Assembly: GCA_004022145.1 (NCBI GenBank)
Contig: RCNU01000005.1
Origin: Paecilomyces variotii
Taxonomy: Eukaryota
Strand: one strand, 5' to 3'
Length of the DNA stretch: 64,000 bases
The translations under genes and the position numbers were made by a program. A model generated the notes under the pieces. That model was not told where the DNA came from. It did no database searches and was given only the letters and a program-made list of their open reading frames with translations. This document shows, piece by piece, positions 25,256 to 36,357 of this stretch (positions are counted from its first letter, which is position 1; each line of letters opens with the position of its first letter).

Positions 25256-26323
25256 ATGATCAATTACATCTCATGCTTATGTGGCCGTGTTGAACAGGAA
25301 GTCTTGTTGCAGCAGGAGGCGGATCCCTCAGTCCTCCGTCTATGCCATTGCGACGACTGTCGATCAGTCACCGGCTTATTGTTCTCATCTTACCTCATTC
25401 TGCAGTCTTCTCCAGAGACCTTCGACGGGCTCATTAAGTACGAACAATCCGATGATATCAACCGCTGGTTCTGTGGAATCTGTGGCGCCCACGTCTTTGT
25501 TCAGCTGAAAGACAAAGGTCTCTATCTGATTGCCTCGGGGTTATTGAAAAAGACATTATGCACTGAGTTAGTGCAACATTGGGGCATTGATGACACTCGC
25601 GATGGGGGTCTAAGCCCGTCTCTCCCGGGCGTAGAAGCTACCGACCAAGTCTGTTGGGCCAAAAGCGGCCAAACACACCCCCAAGCGGTTCCTCAAAGAG
25701 AGCCTCGGCCATTAAACCACGAAAAACGTGAACATCACTCAGAGACGGATAACAAACTGCTCGCGTGCTGTCACTGCCGCGGTGTCCAATTTTATGTAAC
25801 TGCTCCAGATGCCTCCTCGTTCGATGCTTCGTCTCCGTGGCCAGACCTACTCGTACCTTATCATTCTGCATCATCAGAAAACCCAGGAGACGTGAAGTGG
25901 TGGCTCAGGTGCCAAGCAACGAAATACCTAGCTGGAACTTGCGCGTGCAATTCATGCCGGCTGGCTAGCGGATTCCCTGTACAGACTTGGGCATTTATTC
26001 CAAAGTCAAATATATTCACTTCAGATGGTTCGCCCTTAACATTCGATATGAAGACTATGCAGCGCTACGAGAGTTCTCCACGAATATACCGGGAGTTCTG
26101 CAACAGATGTGGTGCCACGCTATTCTGGCACTGTGAACAAAGACCCAGGGTGATCGACGTAAGCGCGGGACTATTCAGGGCGAAAAGTGGTGCCAGAGCG
26201 AATGAGTGGTTAGAATGGGCCACCGGAAGAGTGAGCTTCGCAGAAGAAGCTCCAGACAGGACGCTTATCCAGACATTAGAGACTGGACTGAGGGCTTGGG
26301 CAGGGCAGGTTACTTCAAATTAG
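25256..26323 (+). CDS. Tandem GFA/CENP-V (Mss4-like, DUF636) zinc-binding domain protein, 355 aa
   Basis: Two repeats of the GFA signature: SCLCG..CHCDDCR..RWFCGICG and CCHCRGV..CACNSCR..REFCNRCGATLFW. Confidence 0.85.
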   Translation: MINYISCLCGRVEQEVLLQQEADPSVLRLCHCDDCRSVTGLLFSSYLILQSSPETFDGLIKYEQSDDINRWFCGICGAHVFVQLKDKGLYLIASGLLKKTLCTELVQHWGIDDTRDGGLSPSLPGVEATDQVCWAKSGQTHPQAVPQREPRPLNHEKREHHSETDNKLLACCHCRGVQFYVTAPDASSFDASSPWPDLLVPYHSASSENPGDVKWWLRCQATKYLAGTCACNSCRLASGFPVQTWAFIPKSNIFTSDGSPLTFDMKTMQRYESSPRIYREFCNRCGATLFWHCEQRPRVIDVSAGLFRAKSGARANEWLEWATGRVSFAEEAPDRTLIQTLETGLRAWAGQVTSN

Positions 26324-26758
26324 ACATCCTTTCGAAATCTCTTTTAAAGTCGTAATTCTCTTGTCTGTTGTATATTTTTATAGAACAGTGGACATACTCC
26401 AGTATGGATTGAATTGATGATGTCCGAGATTCGATAGTAGTGACAATAGGAGCAGATATTCATAAGGAGCATATCAGTATTGAATAGACCGAACATTCCA
26501 GCTGGGGATAATTCACATATATCTGCTCTGCTCATGCTTGTATTGGTTGATTATCCTGTGGGCCAATCGCTCTTGTAATGAAAGCGCGTACTTAGATCAC
26601 TCACCGCCTTCCATAAATGTGAATGAGCTTTTGAGATTTTAGTTTAGCGGGACACAAATCCATAATCTCTATCTCATCAACCGCACAACCTCAAACCCAT
26701 CGCGTTCAGCTGTGGCTAGCAGATCCCTGCTGTCGCGAGACAGAAAGTGCTGATCAAG

Positions 26759-28919
26759 ATGCCTGCGCCTTTCGAGTTCCGTGGAAACGGCAACGGCCAC
26801 GATCGACGATCGCGCCCGAGGCACGAATTCACCTTCCGCTATCCGCGTCCAGGCACAGCGGAGCGCCCGCTGTTGAGAAATAAGAAAGAAAAGACCCCCG
26901 AGCCTATCCTTGGAGCTCAAGAAGGCGTTCAAAAGCCAGCCCCCAAATTCGCGTCTATCGATAATATCACAGATAGCGAAGAGGAAGAAATGGAAGAATC
27001 ATCCGATGAAGATGAGTCTCATCCGCGCAAAAAACGCGCGTTGGGCACGGAAGTCCCAGAACCTGCGCCTGCCCCGAAATGGTCCAACCCGGATCCTTAC
27101 ACGGTGTTACCTCCCGTGGACGAGACGCGGGCAAAGAGGAAAGATGTAGTCAAGTTGATCCGCAAGGCAAAGATCGCGGCTCCCGCAGCTCAGAAGGAAA
27201 CGGACGCTGTTACCACGAATGAAGACTTCATATCTTTTGGTCTTGATGACGAAGAGGAAAACAACGCCCCAGAAAATGCTCCTACAGGCCCGAAGAATGC
27301 GCGTCTTCCAGAAAGGGACCCTGCTCTGGGTAACCGGAAGAGGACTCATGACGATGAGATCAAAGGTTATTCTAAGAAGACTGGGAAGCCAGTGGGTAGG
27401 TTCTACGATGATGGTGATATCTTGGATGAATGGAGACCGCATCCCTCTGAGAGTGGGACACCTTGGCTTGGTCTCAGAGAGCCAGCATTGCACATGGGTA
27501 CAAGGTGAGTTTCAGAGACATAGTTTCTGCTTCCAGTATGGGCTCTAATCACCAGAAAGGCTTCACAATGAAATCCTTAGCTTCTATCATTGGGTCAGGC
27601 CACAACAATACGAGCATATCATCCGGAGCGACCTTGTTAGCAGACTGGATACCGCTTTCGCGAACCGATATTATGGTGCGCAGGTGCGGCCATTTGGCTC
27701 TTTTGCCTCTGGGTTGTATCTCCCAACTGCCGACATGGACCTTGTTCTACTGTCGTCAACTTTTAGGCGGACTGGGAGGAAGAATTACGGAGAGAACAAG
27801 CGTCAGATCTACGCATTTGCAGGGTTCCTAAAGACCTCGAACATACCTGTACCCGGCTCGATAGAGACGATCGCGCATGCTAGGGTCCCAATTTTGAAGT
27901 TTGTGGACAAGCTTACTGGTCTGCGTGTCGATCTGTCATTTGACAATGACAGCGGTCTTCTAGCTAATCGTACGTTCCAACTCTGGAAAACCGAGTTTCC
28001 TGCTATGCCTGTCATTGTCTCCATAATCAAGCAGTTTTTGCTGCTCCGCGGCCTCAACGAAGTCCCTACTGGTGGTTTGGGTGGCTTCTCCATCATTTGT
28101 CTGGTGACAAGCCTTCTGCAGCATCTGCCACACGGGCACACTGAGTCCAATTTAGGAAGTATCCTGATGGACTTCTTCGACTTCTATGGAAACAAGTTCG
28201 ACTACGGTTCTGTGGGCATAAGAATGGACCCTCCGGGCTACTTCAACAAGGTAAATTGAACGATTTAAGACCGTCTAATCGATGGAGTTCAGATCGACTG
28301 ACGGTGAACCTAGCGAGTCTATGGGGTGTATCAGGAAAATAAAAACCAACGACTTTCTATCGAAGATCCAAACAACGATCAGAACGATATATCAGGAGGA
28401 ACTAGAGAGATCCCATTGATATTCCGTTGTTTCTCGGATGCTTACGCATGTCTCAAGGAGCGCCTGATCTCCACAGCTACGGAGGGATCCACTAATGACA
28501 GTATCTTGGATACAATCATTGCCGCCAACTACGAAGAGTATGAAGAGCAGAGGAGCCACTTGAGGAGGATCTTTGAAACAGATCCCAGGTTTGCACCCTT
28601 CAATGCTCCTCCACCTCCTCCACCTCCGCCGCCCGTGCCCCCGCCTGCTGAGCCTGAGCAGCCTCCCCCACCACCACCACCACCGGTGGAATCCAGGCCA
28701 CTCACCAAGCAGCAGAGAAAGCAGCTCGCATCGAGAGATCGTGCAGCTCGCCTCAAGCGATTGCGCCCAGATATACCCCTTGTTGGTGACTCCATCAGCA
28801 ACGAGGAAGCTCTGTTGCTAGGTGGTTACGAATCTCAATCACATATGGATCGTGACCTGCAGGCTCGAGAAAAAGCCATGGGAGCACAGAATTCAGGTGC
28901 GACTGCATCTGCCGCCTGA
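26759..28919 (+). CDS. PAP2: Non-canonical poly(A) polymerase Trf4/Pap2 (TRAMP), 3 exons
   Basis: Exons 26759-27504, 27560-28250, 28314-28919. R|LHNEILSFY, PFGSFASGLYLPTADMDLV (GS..DxD), ARVPILKF, LNEVPTGGLGGFS, LSIEDPNNDQNDISGG. Polyproline tract near the C-terminus. Confidence 0.92.
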
Positions 28920-30115
28920 ACTCGTCACGCATCCTTAGGAGATGCTCAACAATTCCCACGCCTGTAGGCGAGGTTTTATCTCTAGATACTTTTCGAGTCA
29001 TGTCTTACTCTATTCATCTTGCCCCTTTTATTTAAAAGGATTTTCCTACCTTACTATGTGAGAGATACCCGATTGTTCACGGAATGAAAGCACTGGCGTA
29101 TTGCGGCGTGGTTTTTGTGACCCGGTCTTCTCAAATATCTTTGTTCACTGGTACTGGCATCGGTCCTGGACGGCACTATGTACAATCCCATGAGGAGGGT
29201 ATTCTTTTTTTGAGCTCTATTTTCTCTTCCTGTGAATCATCGAGGTCACAAGACCTATTTCTCTTCTACATGTTTAGATGATCTATCCAGTCCTAACAGA
29301 CAGCAGCGGCTTTGATGCTAACCTCAAGTCCCAGGGCGACAATGGTTGGAATCACATCATGGCTTCTGCATGTCACTCACCATGAACTTATTACATCGAT
29401 TATGATACCATTCTTTTCCCTTCTATATTTCCATCTGATTGACCTAGCCCTAGCAGAGCACGACGCAGAAAAAGAACTAACCTGGTCTAGGACTGCGATG
29501 ACGGTCTCAACGGACACTGCTTCTAACCATACTATCTTGCACCAGATCTATCCAGATGACCAATAGCGACATTGCTGCTCTTGAATGAAAAGCAATTCAG
29601 TTCGACGACACTCTTTCCGTCACCTTACTACTACTACGCGATGCATTTCTCCGACGACCGTCCTTCGACAGGCTTTTATGCGGCACACTCTTTTTTTCCC
29701 CCCATCCTCCTTCTCACCGAAGAGGCGCTATATGCGCCTGTTCGGAGAGGAGTAGATCTGGATGAATGTGCCTTATTCCAATGGAGTGCGAACCGAAGGG
29801 AGAGATCTACTAGCTGTTGCTTGAACTTGATTCTGCACATACTGAGAGTGTTTTTGAATGAAATGTCGTTGAGGATCGTTATTCTAGAGGGCTTGTTAGT
29901 CTATAGCTTTTACATATCTATGGCCCAGAATGCGGAATATTGCATTTTCTATGCATGGGCGTAGCATAGCCAATGAAAACAACATGGTAAGAGTAAGGGT
30001 AAATATCAAGGTGGATAGGAATCATCATCAATTCCTGTCATCACCACAGGACGAAGAAAGAGGTCCAGCCTCTGCTATGCTTGTAGACATTGGATGAACG
30101 GAACGGAACGGACAA

Positions 30116-31501
30116 TCATAAGACATTGGGAACGACAGGCTGCTGAAGTTTCTGATCCGCCGCATCAAGCGGAGGAGTGAGCATGGCTTCATCTGTGTCG
30201 GTGATTTCGTTCACATTGACCGTTGCAACGGCCAACTTCTCCTTCGTCACATTCGGAGATGTTTCTTCCTCACTTTGCATTGCGGCAATATGGTCAGCTG
30301 GTAGAGTGTTGACAAAGTCCGGTCCAGGGCTCGCCCAGGTATAATCTACCCACTGAGGGCCGAGGATGGAACGGATCTGGGCAGCGAGGGTGCTGATGAC
30401 TTGACGGCGGTTCCGAGACCATTCGCGATCGGTGATGAGGCCGTCTGAAGGGGTGAGCGCGGGAGCTTGTTCATTATTATCGTCGGATTTGTTTTCTAAT
30501 CCATCAATGATGCTGCGCCACACGCGCAAGGTCTCGTTTAACTCGTCGAAATTGCTCACTCCCATGACACTCACGCCTAGGCGCTCTCCCACGCCGATAT
30601 TGGCAGCGGATAAGAAGCCAGGGTCTGCATTGGGGGAGGGGGCTAGTGGAGGGCCAAGAGCGCCAGCTGCAGCACCTTCACGGAGCCAGGACTCGAGAGC
30701 GTAACGGATGGCAATCACCTCGATTTTCTCTCCTTGTTCTTCAGCCCAGACGCTGGCGTCGTGGATCGCGCTCCGGAGACCGTCTGGGGCAGGGTGGAAA
30801 TCACCCATGCTCCCAATGGGCACACCGTTCCTCCTCAATAGACCCATACCAAGCGGGGAGGCGTTAGGGACGACGTCAACGCCAGCAGCAAGTAGACGCG
30901 GTAGACCCTCGGATAGGAGCTTCGTGTTCTGCAGGGTAAAATTGGCATACGACTGGACCACATCGAGGGGTTCTCCTGTCTCGCGTAAGATCATTTCTGC
31001 CAGAGAACAGAGAACGTCCACGGGATATCCTGATATTCCAACATATCGTATCGTTCCCTCGGTGTCACGAATGCGACGAAGTTCGCGCACTGCTTCCAGA
31101 ACTTCCTCTGGTGTCACAAACTCCACATCATGGCAATATACCACGTCGAGGTAGTCGGTATGAAGCCTCCGCAGACTGCGACGGACGCTGCGTCTAATCC
31201 AAGCAGGTGAATAATCAAACGAGGATCCCGCAATCCGGCCAACCTTGGTCAATATACGGTATGTGTATCGTGGAAAGCTGGCGCGAACATAGTCCGTCGC
31301 AAGAGCGCGGCCGAGTAACTCCTCAGCGGGACCATAGTATGGGGAGGTATCGAAGGCGCGCACTCCGGAGGTTAGGGCTTGGTGGACGAGCGCTGTGGTA
31401 GGGAGGGCGTATGGATCTTGATTATACTGCCCGTTGAACGTCGCAGTTCCCATAATGAGGGGTGGAAGATCCGCCGACAGCGGAACAGAAGGACGGCCCA
31501 T
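30116..31501 (-). CDS. Aldo-keto reductase, D-arabinose 1-dehydrogenase (Ara2)/L-galactose dehydrogenase-like, intronless
   Basis: ATG at 31501 (MGRPSVPLSADLPPLIMGTATFN). Motifs AFDTSPYYGPAE, LTKVGR, YLDVVYCHDVEF, YVGISGYP, NASPLGMGLL. Confidence 0.85.
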   Translation of the reverse strand: MGRPSVPLSADLPPLIMGTATFNGQYNQDPYALPTTALVHQALTSGVRAFDTSPYYGPAEELLGRALATDYVRASFPRYTYRILTKVGRIAGSSFDYSPAWIRRSVRRSLRRLHTDYLDVVYCHDVEFVTPEEVLEAVRELRRIRDTEGTIRYVGISGYPVDVLCSLAEMILRETGEPLDVVQSYANFTLQNTKLLSEGLPRLLAAGVDVVPNASPLGMGLLRRNGVPIGSMGDFHPAPDGLRSAIHDASVWAEEQGEKIEVIAIRYALESWLREGAAAGALGPPLAPSPNADPGFLSAANIGVGERLGVSVMGVSNFDELNETLRVWRSIIDGLENKSDDNNEQAPALTPSDGLITDREWSRNRRQVISTLAAQIRSILGPQWVDYTWASPGPDFVNTLPADHIAAMQSEEETSPNVTKEKLAVATVNVNEITDTDEAMLTPPLDAADQKLQQPVVPNVL

Positions 31502-33241
31502 CTTGAGGCAGTGGATGATGGCTGGCCACCAAAAAAAAGAAGTTATCACAAGATGATGGCGAGCACTGATCCAGAAAAGGGACTGTCTGGGGTAATATAA
31601 GAACGGGTATCAAAAAAAAAGAGAGCGGAAATTGATTTCTAACCATACGGAGTCCAGCTTAAGCCCGATCCGAGGGGGCGATAATGGTGGGGGAAACGGT
31701 TTTTCTTCTCATCGTCGCGGTTTGCGGAGGATCGAGGCTGTTCCGCTCGGGATTGCGCCATGGCAGCCCTGACTACTTAGTGCGACCCACCTCTAAAAGG
31801 GTAGAGAGAGACGAGTATTCATGTGCTATAGAGGAGAAGAATACATTTTCCGCCAATGGTGGTTACATCGGGACTTCACAAGAGAAAGGACCAAGAGTGG
31901 TGGCGGGGAGAGAGGACGAGGAAGAGCAGAAGGCGGTGATGGGAGTCCAGCAGATCGCCGTCTAACTACTTAGTTTGCACCAGCTGAGGAACTCTTCAGG
32001 GATATTCCAATGCGGATTGATTTCTTTTCATGCTCTAGTTCTTTTTGCACCGTCCAGTCTCTGCTTGGAATTCACCCATGCTTCCGGTGATACTCCGTGT
32101 AAAGATAGAGAGGATACACGGCGGTTTTGTGTACCCTGAACTAAGTACTGTCCCCATAGTCCATCCATATCACGGCTGGGGATGACACTAGATAAGATTG
32201 CGGGAAACGCAACCAGCGACCTATCCAACAACAGCATTACTCCGGTGTCTGGAGGCTGTCCATCTATTCTCTATCTCGGTGGTCAGAACTGCGGCTTCAT
32301 CCAGGGATTGGGCCTCATTGAATGGAATCATGGACATCGTTCTCATGGTCGGCAATCATGTCAGACTGTCTCGTCAGACGAAGAGTAACTCAGGATTACG
32401 GCAGACTTGGCTCTATCCATATGTGGTCATTGTCCCCATCCCTGTGGATGTGGGACAGTGGATGATTCTTTTATCTGATATCAGGCTCCCTCACGTACCA
32501 CAGGATTTGTGTATGCTTCCGAGATAGGGTATGAATTAGATACAGCGGTGAAATCCATCTCTTGATTGGCCAGGTTGATTCTTACCTATCGATCCACGTA
32601 TAGAAGCAATATAGTCTCGATTATGTATTTCTCTTTCGAGGAATGTCAGATTACATGCCACTGCTATGGTCCGTCTAACGCGTAGAGCTAAGACTGCGGA
32701 ATCCAAAGACCCGACGGTAGTAGAAATGATACATAAGTCATATGCTATGATACATGACCCTCCCTTCCACCTGCTAACGAAATCGAGTAAGAGTGGAGAG
32801 ATAATGGCAGGGGAGACGTGCGGAGAAGAAGCATCTTTCCTCCGTCTATCCATGCTTCGCCCGTCTGAGTTCCCGCTGCCCGTGGAAAGGACAACATATA
32901 TATGTATATATACTGTACAGATATAGGAGAGAGAGAGAGAACCATCTCACTAGTATTAGATCGAGAATGAAAAGAGAAGCTTGCCGGTCTGACCCATGTG
33001 TCGAAAACTCCGTCCGGGCTGATGCGACGCGACGCGATGCGAAAGACAGGAAACCAGATCTAGTTCTCTCCGATCAAAGTCTCGAGGGAAAGAAACCAAC
33101 CAACCAAAACGCCATGCTATGCTTCGAATCCAAGAATAAACGTGCGAAGATTCCGTGTGAATCGTGCAGTTGATGTTCGAGCCGCCAGATCGTTCAGTCA
33201 ACTCCGCGGAAGTATTTCGAATCCGACCAGCCAAAGGAAAA

Positions 33242-33758
33242 TCACCGGTCCTTGTACACTTGCGGCTTCCACCCTTCCCGGATCTCCTTGTCCATCTTCG
33301 CCTTCCGTTCAGCCTCCCGGATCTCCATCTCGATGCGTTCCCGCGCGCGCAGGATCTTGCTTTGCAGATAGAAACTTCCGCCCTTCTGAGGATCGTTGAG
33401 GTCAAAGAGCTTCTTGAACCGCTCTGTGACGGCCTCCAGGTTGGCTTCTCCCGCCTGTGGCGGCTTCACGTTGAGGATCTTGCAAGCCTCATCCAGCGTC
33501 AGGCCGGAAGACTTGAACGTGTTCCCTCCGGAGGTGTTGCCCTTGCCCGCCTGAGCTGCATATTTCGAGGAGGCAGAGGCCTGCTTGTAAGCCTCCACAA
33601 AGGCTCTTCCAAGCACCCGGGTACCCGTGACGACAACCTGCGTGAGAATGCGATGCGCCTGTACCGTGTTAGTGAACTCAGTCGCTGTCGCACGAAATAT
33701 AGGACCATAGCAAGGCCAGAGTAGGTCTGATGATGGGACAATAAGCAGGACTTACCAT
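33242..33758 (-). CDS. PAM16: Mitochondrial import motor subunit Pam16/Tim16; first coding exon is ATG only
   Basis: ATG 33758-33756, intron GTAAGT..CTAAC..TACAG (33755-33659), then AHRILTQVVVTGTRVLGRAF..LTLDEACKILNV..GGSFYLQSKILRARERI. Confidence 0.95.
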
Positions 33759-34375
33759 ATTTGTGTGTCTGAGGGGGTAAATTGAATATGTTTAATCCAC
33801 GGTAGACACGTCTGGGACTGGAGAACGATGGACAACAGCCAGATTCACGTTCGGAGAGGGTAAAATTTTGGAGCGGGTTTAGCGCGGAAGAGCGATCTCG
33901 GCAAGGCGGCAAGGCAGAAGTAGTGCCTCAGGCGTTGAGGGACCACAGATGGGTCTGGTTATGGATCATAGTAGTACTTAGATCTCGTTCTAGAAGCATC
34001 CTGAAGCTGTTCATACCATCCTCACTCCAGTACTGCTAAATAATATAATATAATATTATATTAATATTAAATACGAAGCTGCTACCAAACAGTGCCTGAC
34101 TGGCTACCCTTCTAGGATGTCATGTGCTGTCGGCTCAGCAACACTGCGAAAGTCACATGTCCCGAGCAAGCTCGCCTCGCTTCCCCGCCGATGATGGTCA
34201 TGGGCTGGCACGCCAGCTAACTATGAGCTTCTTTAAGAGCAACCGGCAGTTCTCCACCGACGTTGTTCTTTCAGAAATTGGCTCTTGTCTAGCCTGCCTG
34301 TCTCCTTGTTAAAGTGCATGTTCAGTCCGAAATGATCCTGCCTGAGGCAGATGATGAACCGTGCAGTGCTATTGG

Positions 34376-36357
34376 ATGGCAGCTCTGGGTATTGTCCCTG
34401 CGAACTCCCTTGGCCACAAGATCCTAAAGATGGCGAGCATACTGACTCTCCTCAGACTCCCCGTGGCTAGATTCCATGTCCTCTTTTTCCTACGCGCAGG
34501 ATGAAGGAGCGCAGTCTGCGCATGATCCGAACCCGCCAACCGTCGCAGCGTTCTCTCCGACGACCATCTCCGGCTCTTCGATCACGTCCAGGCAGCGCTC
34601 CAGCATAATCGTCCATCGCAAGTCTCCTTTACTCGTCGCAACTCCTCCTCCAGTCACGCGAGCGCTAGCATATTCCCATCCTTTCATCCTACCCTTGAAT
34701 AAGTTGGTTGGCCTGCTGTCATGGAGCACCGGAGATCCGTGGGAGAGCTTCCTACTGGTGGCCGGGTTCTGGGCCCTTGTTCTCTATGGGGATGCGATCA
34801 TCTTATGGGCAGGTCCGATCATAGTGGTGATAGGATTGATGCTGGGCCTGTACTCGAGACGATACTCGCCTCTGTCATCGACAGGGCTCACGGGCGAGAA
34901 GCATAGTCATAAAAGGGCGACGTCGGAAGTGTCGACTCGCCATCACAAGAGCTTGGATGAGATTGTGGAGACGATGAGAACATTCACTACCAGGTGCAAT
35001 ATCTTGCTCGAACCCCTACTGGAGTGGACGGACTTTTTATCAACGCAACGGACTCCTACCTCGGCGACGACCCGGCCGGCCCTGACGGCCTTATTCCTGA
35101 GGATTCTCTGCGTCACCCCGATATGGATCTTGCTGACGCTCCCTCCTTTCTATATTATTACAACTCGACGGGTCATTATGATCTTCGGAACTATTATTCT
35201 TACCTATCACTCGCGACCAGCAAGGGTGTCTCGGGTTATCTTGTGGAGGTCTTTGATGGTCCGTCGCATTTGCTCCATTATCACGGGACTGCCCTTTTCA
35301 ATCGATGGAAAGGCCCGGCCCAAGGGTTCTGGGTCCACACATAGCCACGGCCGTGCTACCGACATTGCAACAAGGCGCAGCAGTGCTTCTGGCATCCGCT
35401 TTACCTTTATTCTGTACGAGAACCAGCGGCGCTGGCTTGGTATCGGATGGACCTCCTCTCTCTTTTCGTATGAGCGTGCACCTTGGACGGATGAACACTT
35501 GAATCCGACACCTCCCAAGGATGAATTTGAGCTACCGCAAGTCCAAGGAGGAACTGCACAATGGAGGTGGGTGGAAGGAAGTGAGTGGAAGATTGAAGGA
35601 GCCGACAAGGGTGAGGATTCCAAGTCGTCTGACGGCGGTGGCTGGATCTATTACGACAATAAGGTGAGCTCTACGAGTTTGTCACACCGTTGCTATTAAT
35701 CGTTTTCTAACATCTCGTTAGTGGAACGACGGGCGCCGCCAAGATGGCTGGGGTCGATATACGCGTCGCCGCAAATGGTACCGTGATGCAGAACTGGTAG
35801 AGATAGCACCGGAAGAAAATGGACCATCGTCAAGCGCAGCAGAGGCAGGCAGTTCTTCTGCAACTTTAACCAGCGGAGATGGTGCGGGGGACGACGCTGA
35901 GACGAAGAGCAATGCTCCATCGAGCGCTTCTAAAGCACGAAAAAGACGTTGGTTTAGCGGTTCCAAAGGAAGCAATAGCAATACGAGTTCATCTAATTTA
36001 CCGCAGAATGACGCCCCTTCTTCCACCGCTACGGCAGATTCCACACCCAACGCCAGTGGAAAAGCTTCTTCCCGACCGATATCCTTCAAGGGCTCCTTCC
36101 GCAACCCCTCTTTCAACAATGTAGCGACCAGTTTCGGGAGCAATAGCAGTGCATCCGGGCGCAGTGGAGGCAGTCTACGCAGGAGTGGCAGTGGGGCAGG
36201 GACCGCAGAGTCAAATGATAGCGCAAGCATCAGAAAGAGGGAAATTGAAGAATCCCAGAACCGTCTAGATAGATGGGGTGCTCGAGCCACGGCAGCGACA
36301 GAAAGAGCAGAGCGGGAATTGGGACTCGGCGACGACGCCAACATGGGCTTGAGCTGA
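34376..36357 (+). CDS. PEX30: Pex23/Pex30-family peroxisomal/ER membrane protein (reticulon-like plus DysF domain), 3 exons
   Basis: Exons 34376-34388 (start tentative), 34456-35663, 35722-36357. SPLLVATPP, LLSW..DPWESFLLV, YENQRRWLGIGW, ERAPWTDE, WRWV, GWIYYDNK|WNDG..YTRRRKWYRDAELV. Confidence 0.85.

Noticed and set aside
29290-29550. Cluster of four CTAAC..AG branch/acceptor-like motifs suggesting a snoRNA host transcript
   Set aside because: No matching consensus donors and no RTGATGA/CTGA box pairs found.
32182-32527. Short + strand ORFs between the Ara2-like gene and PAM16
   Set aside because: No recognisable product, and no coherent exon chain could be built.
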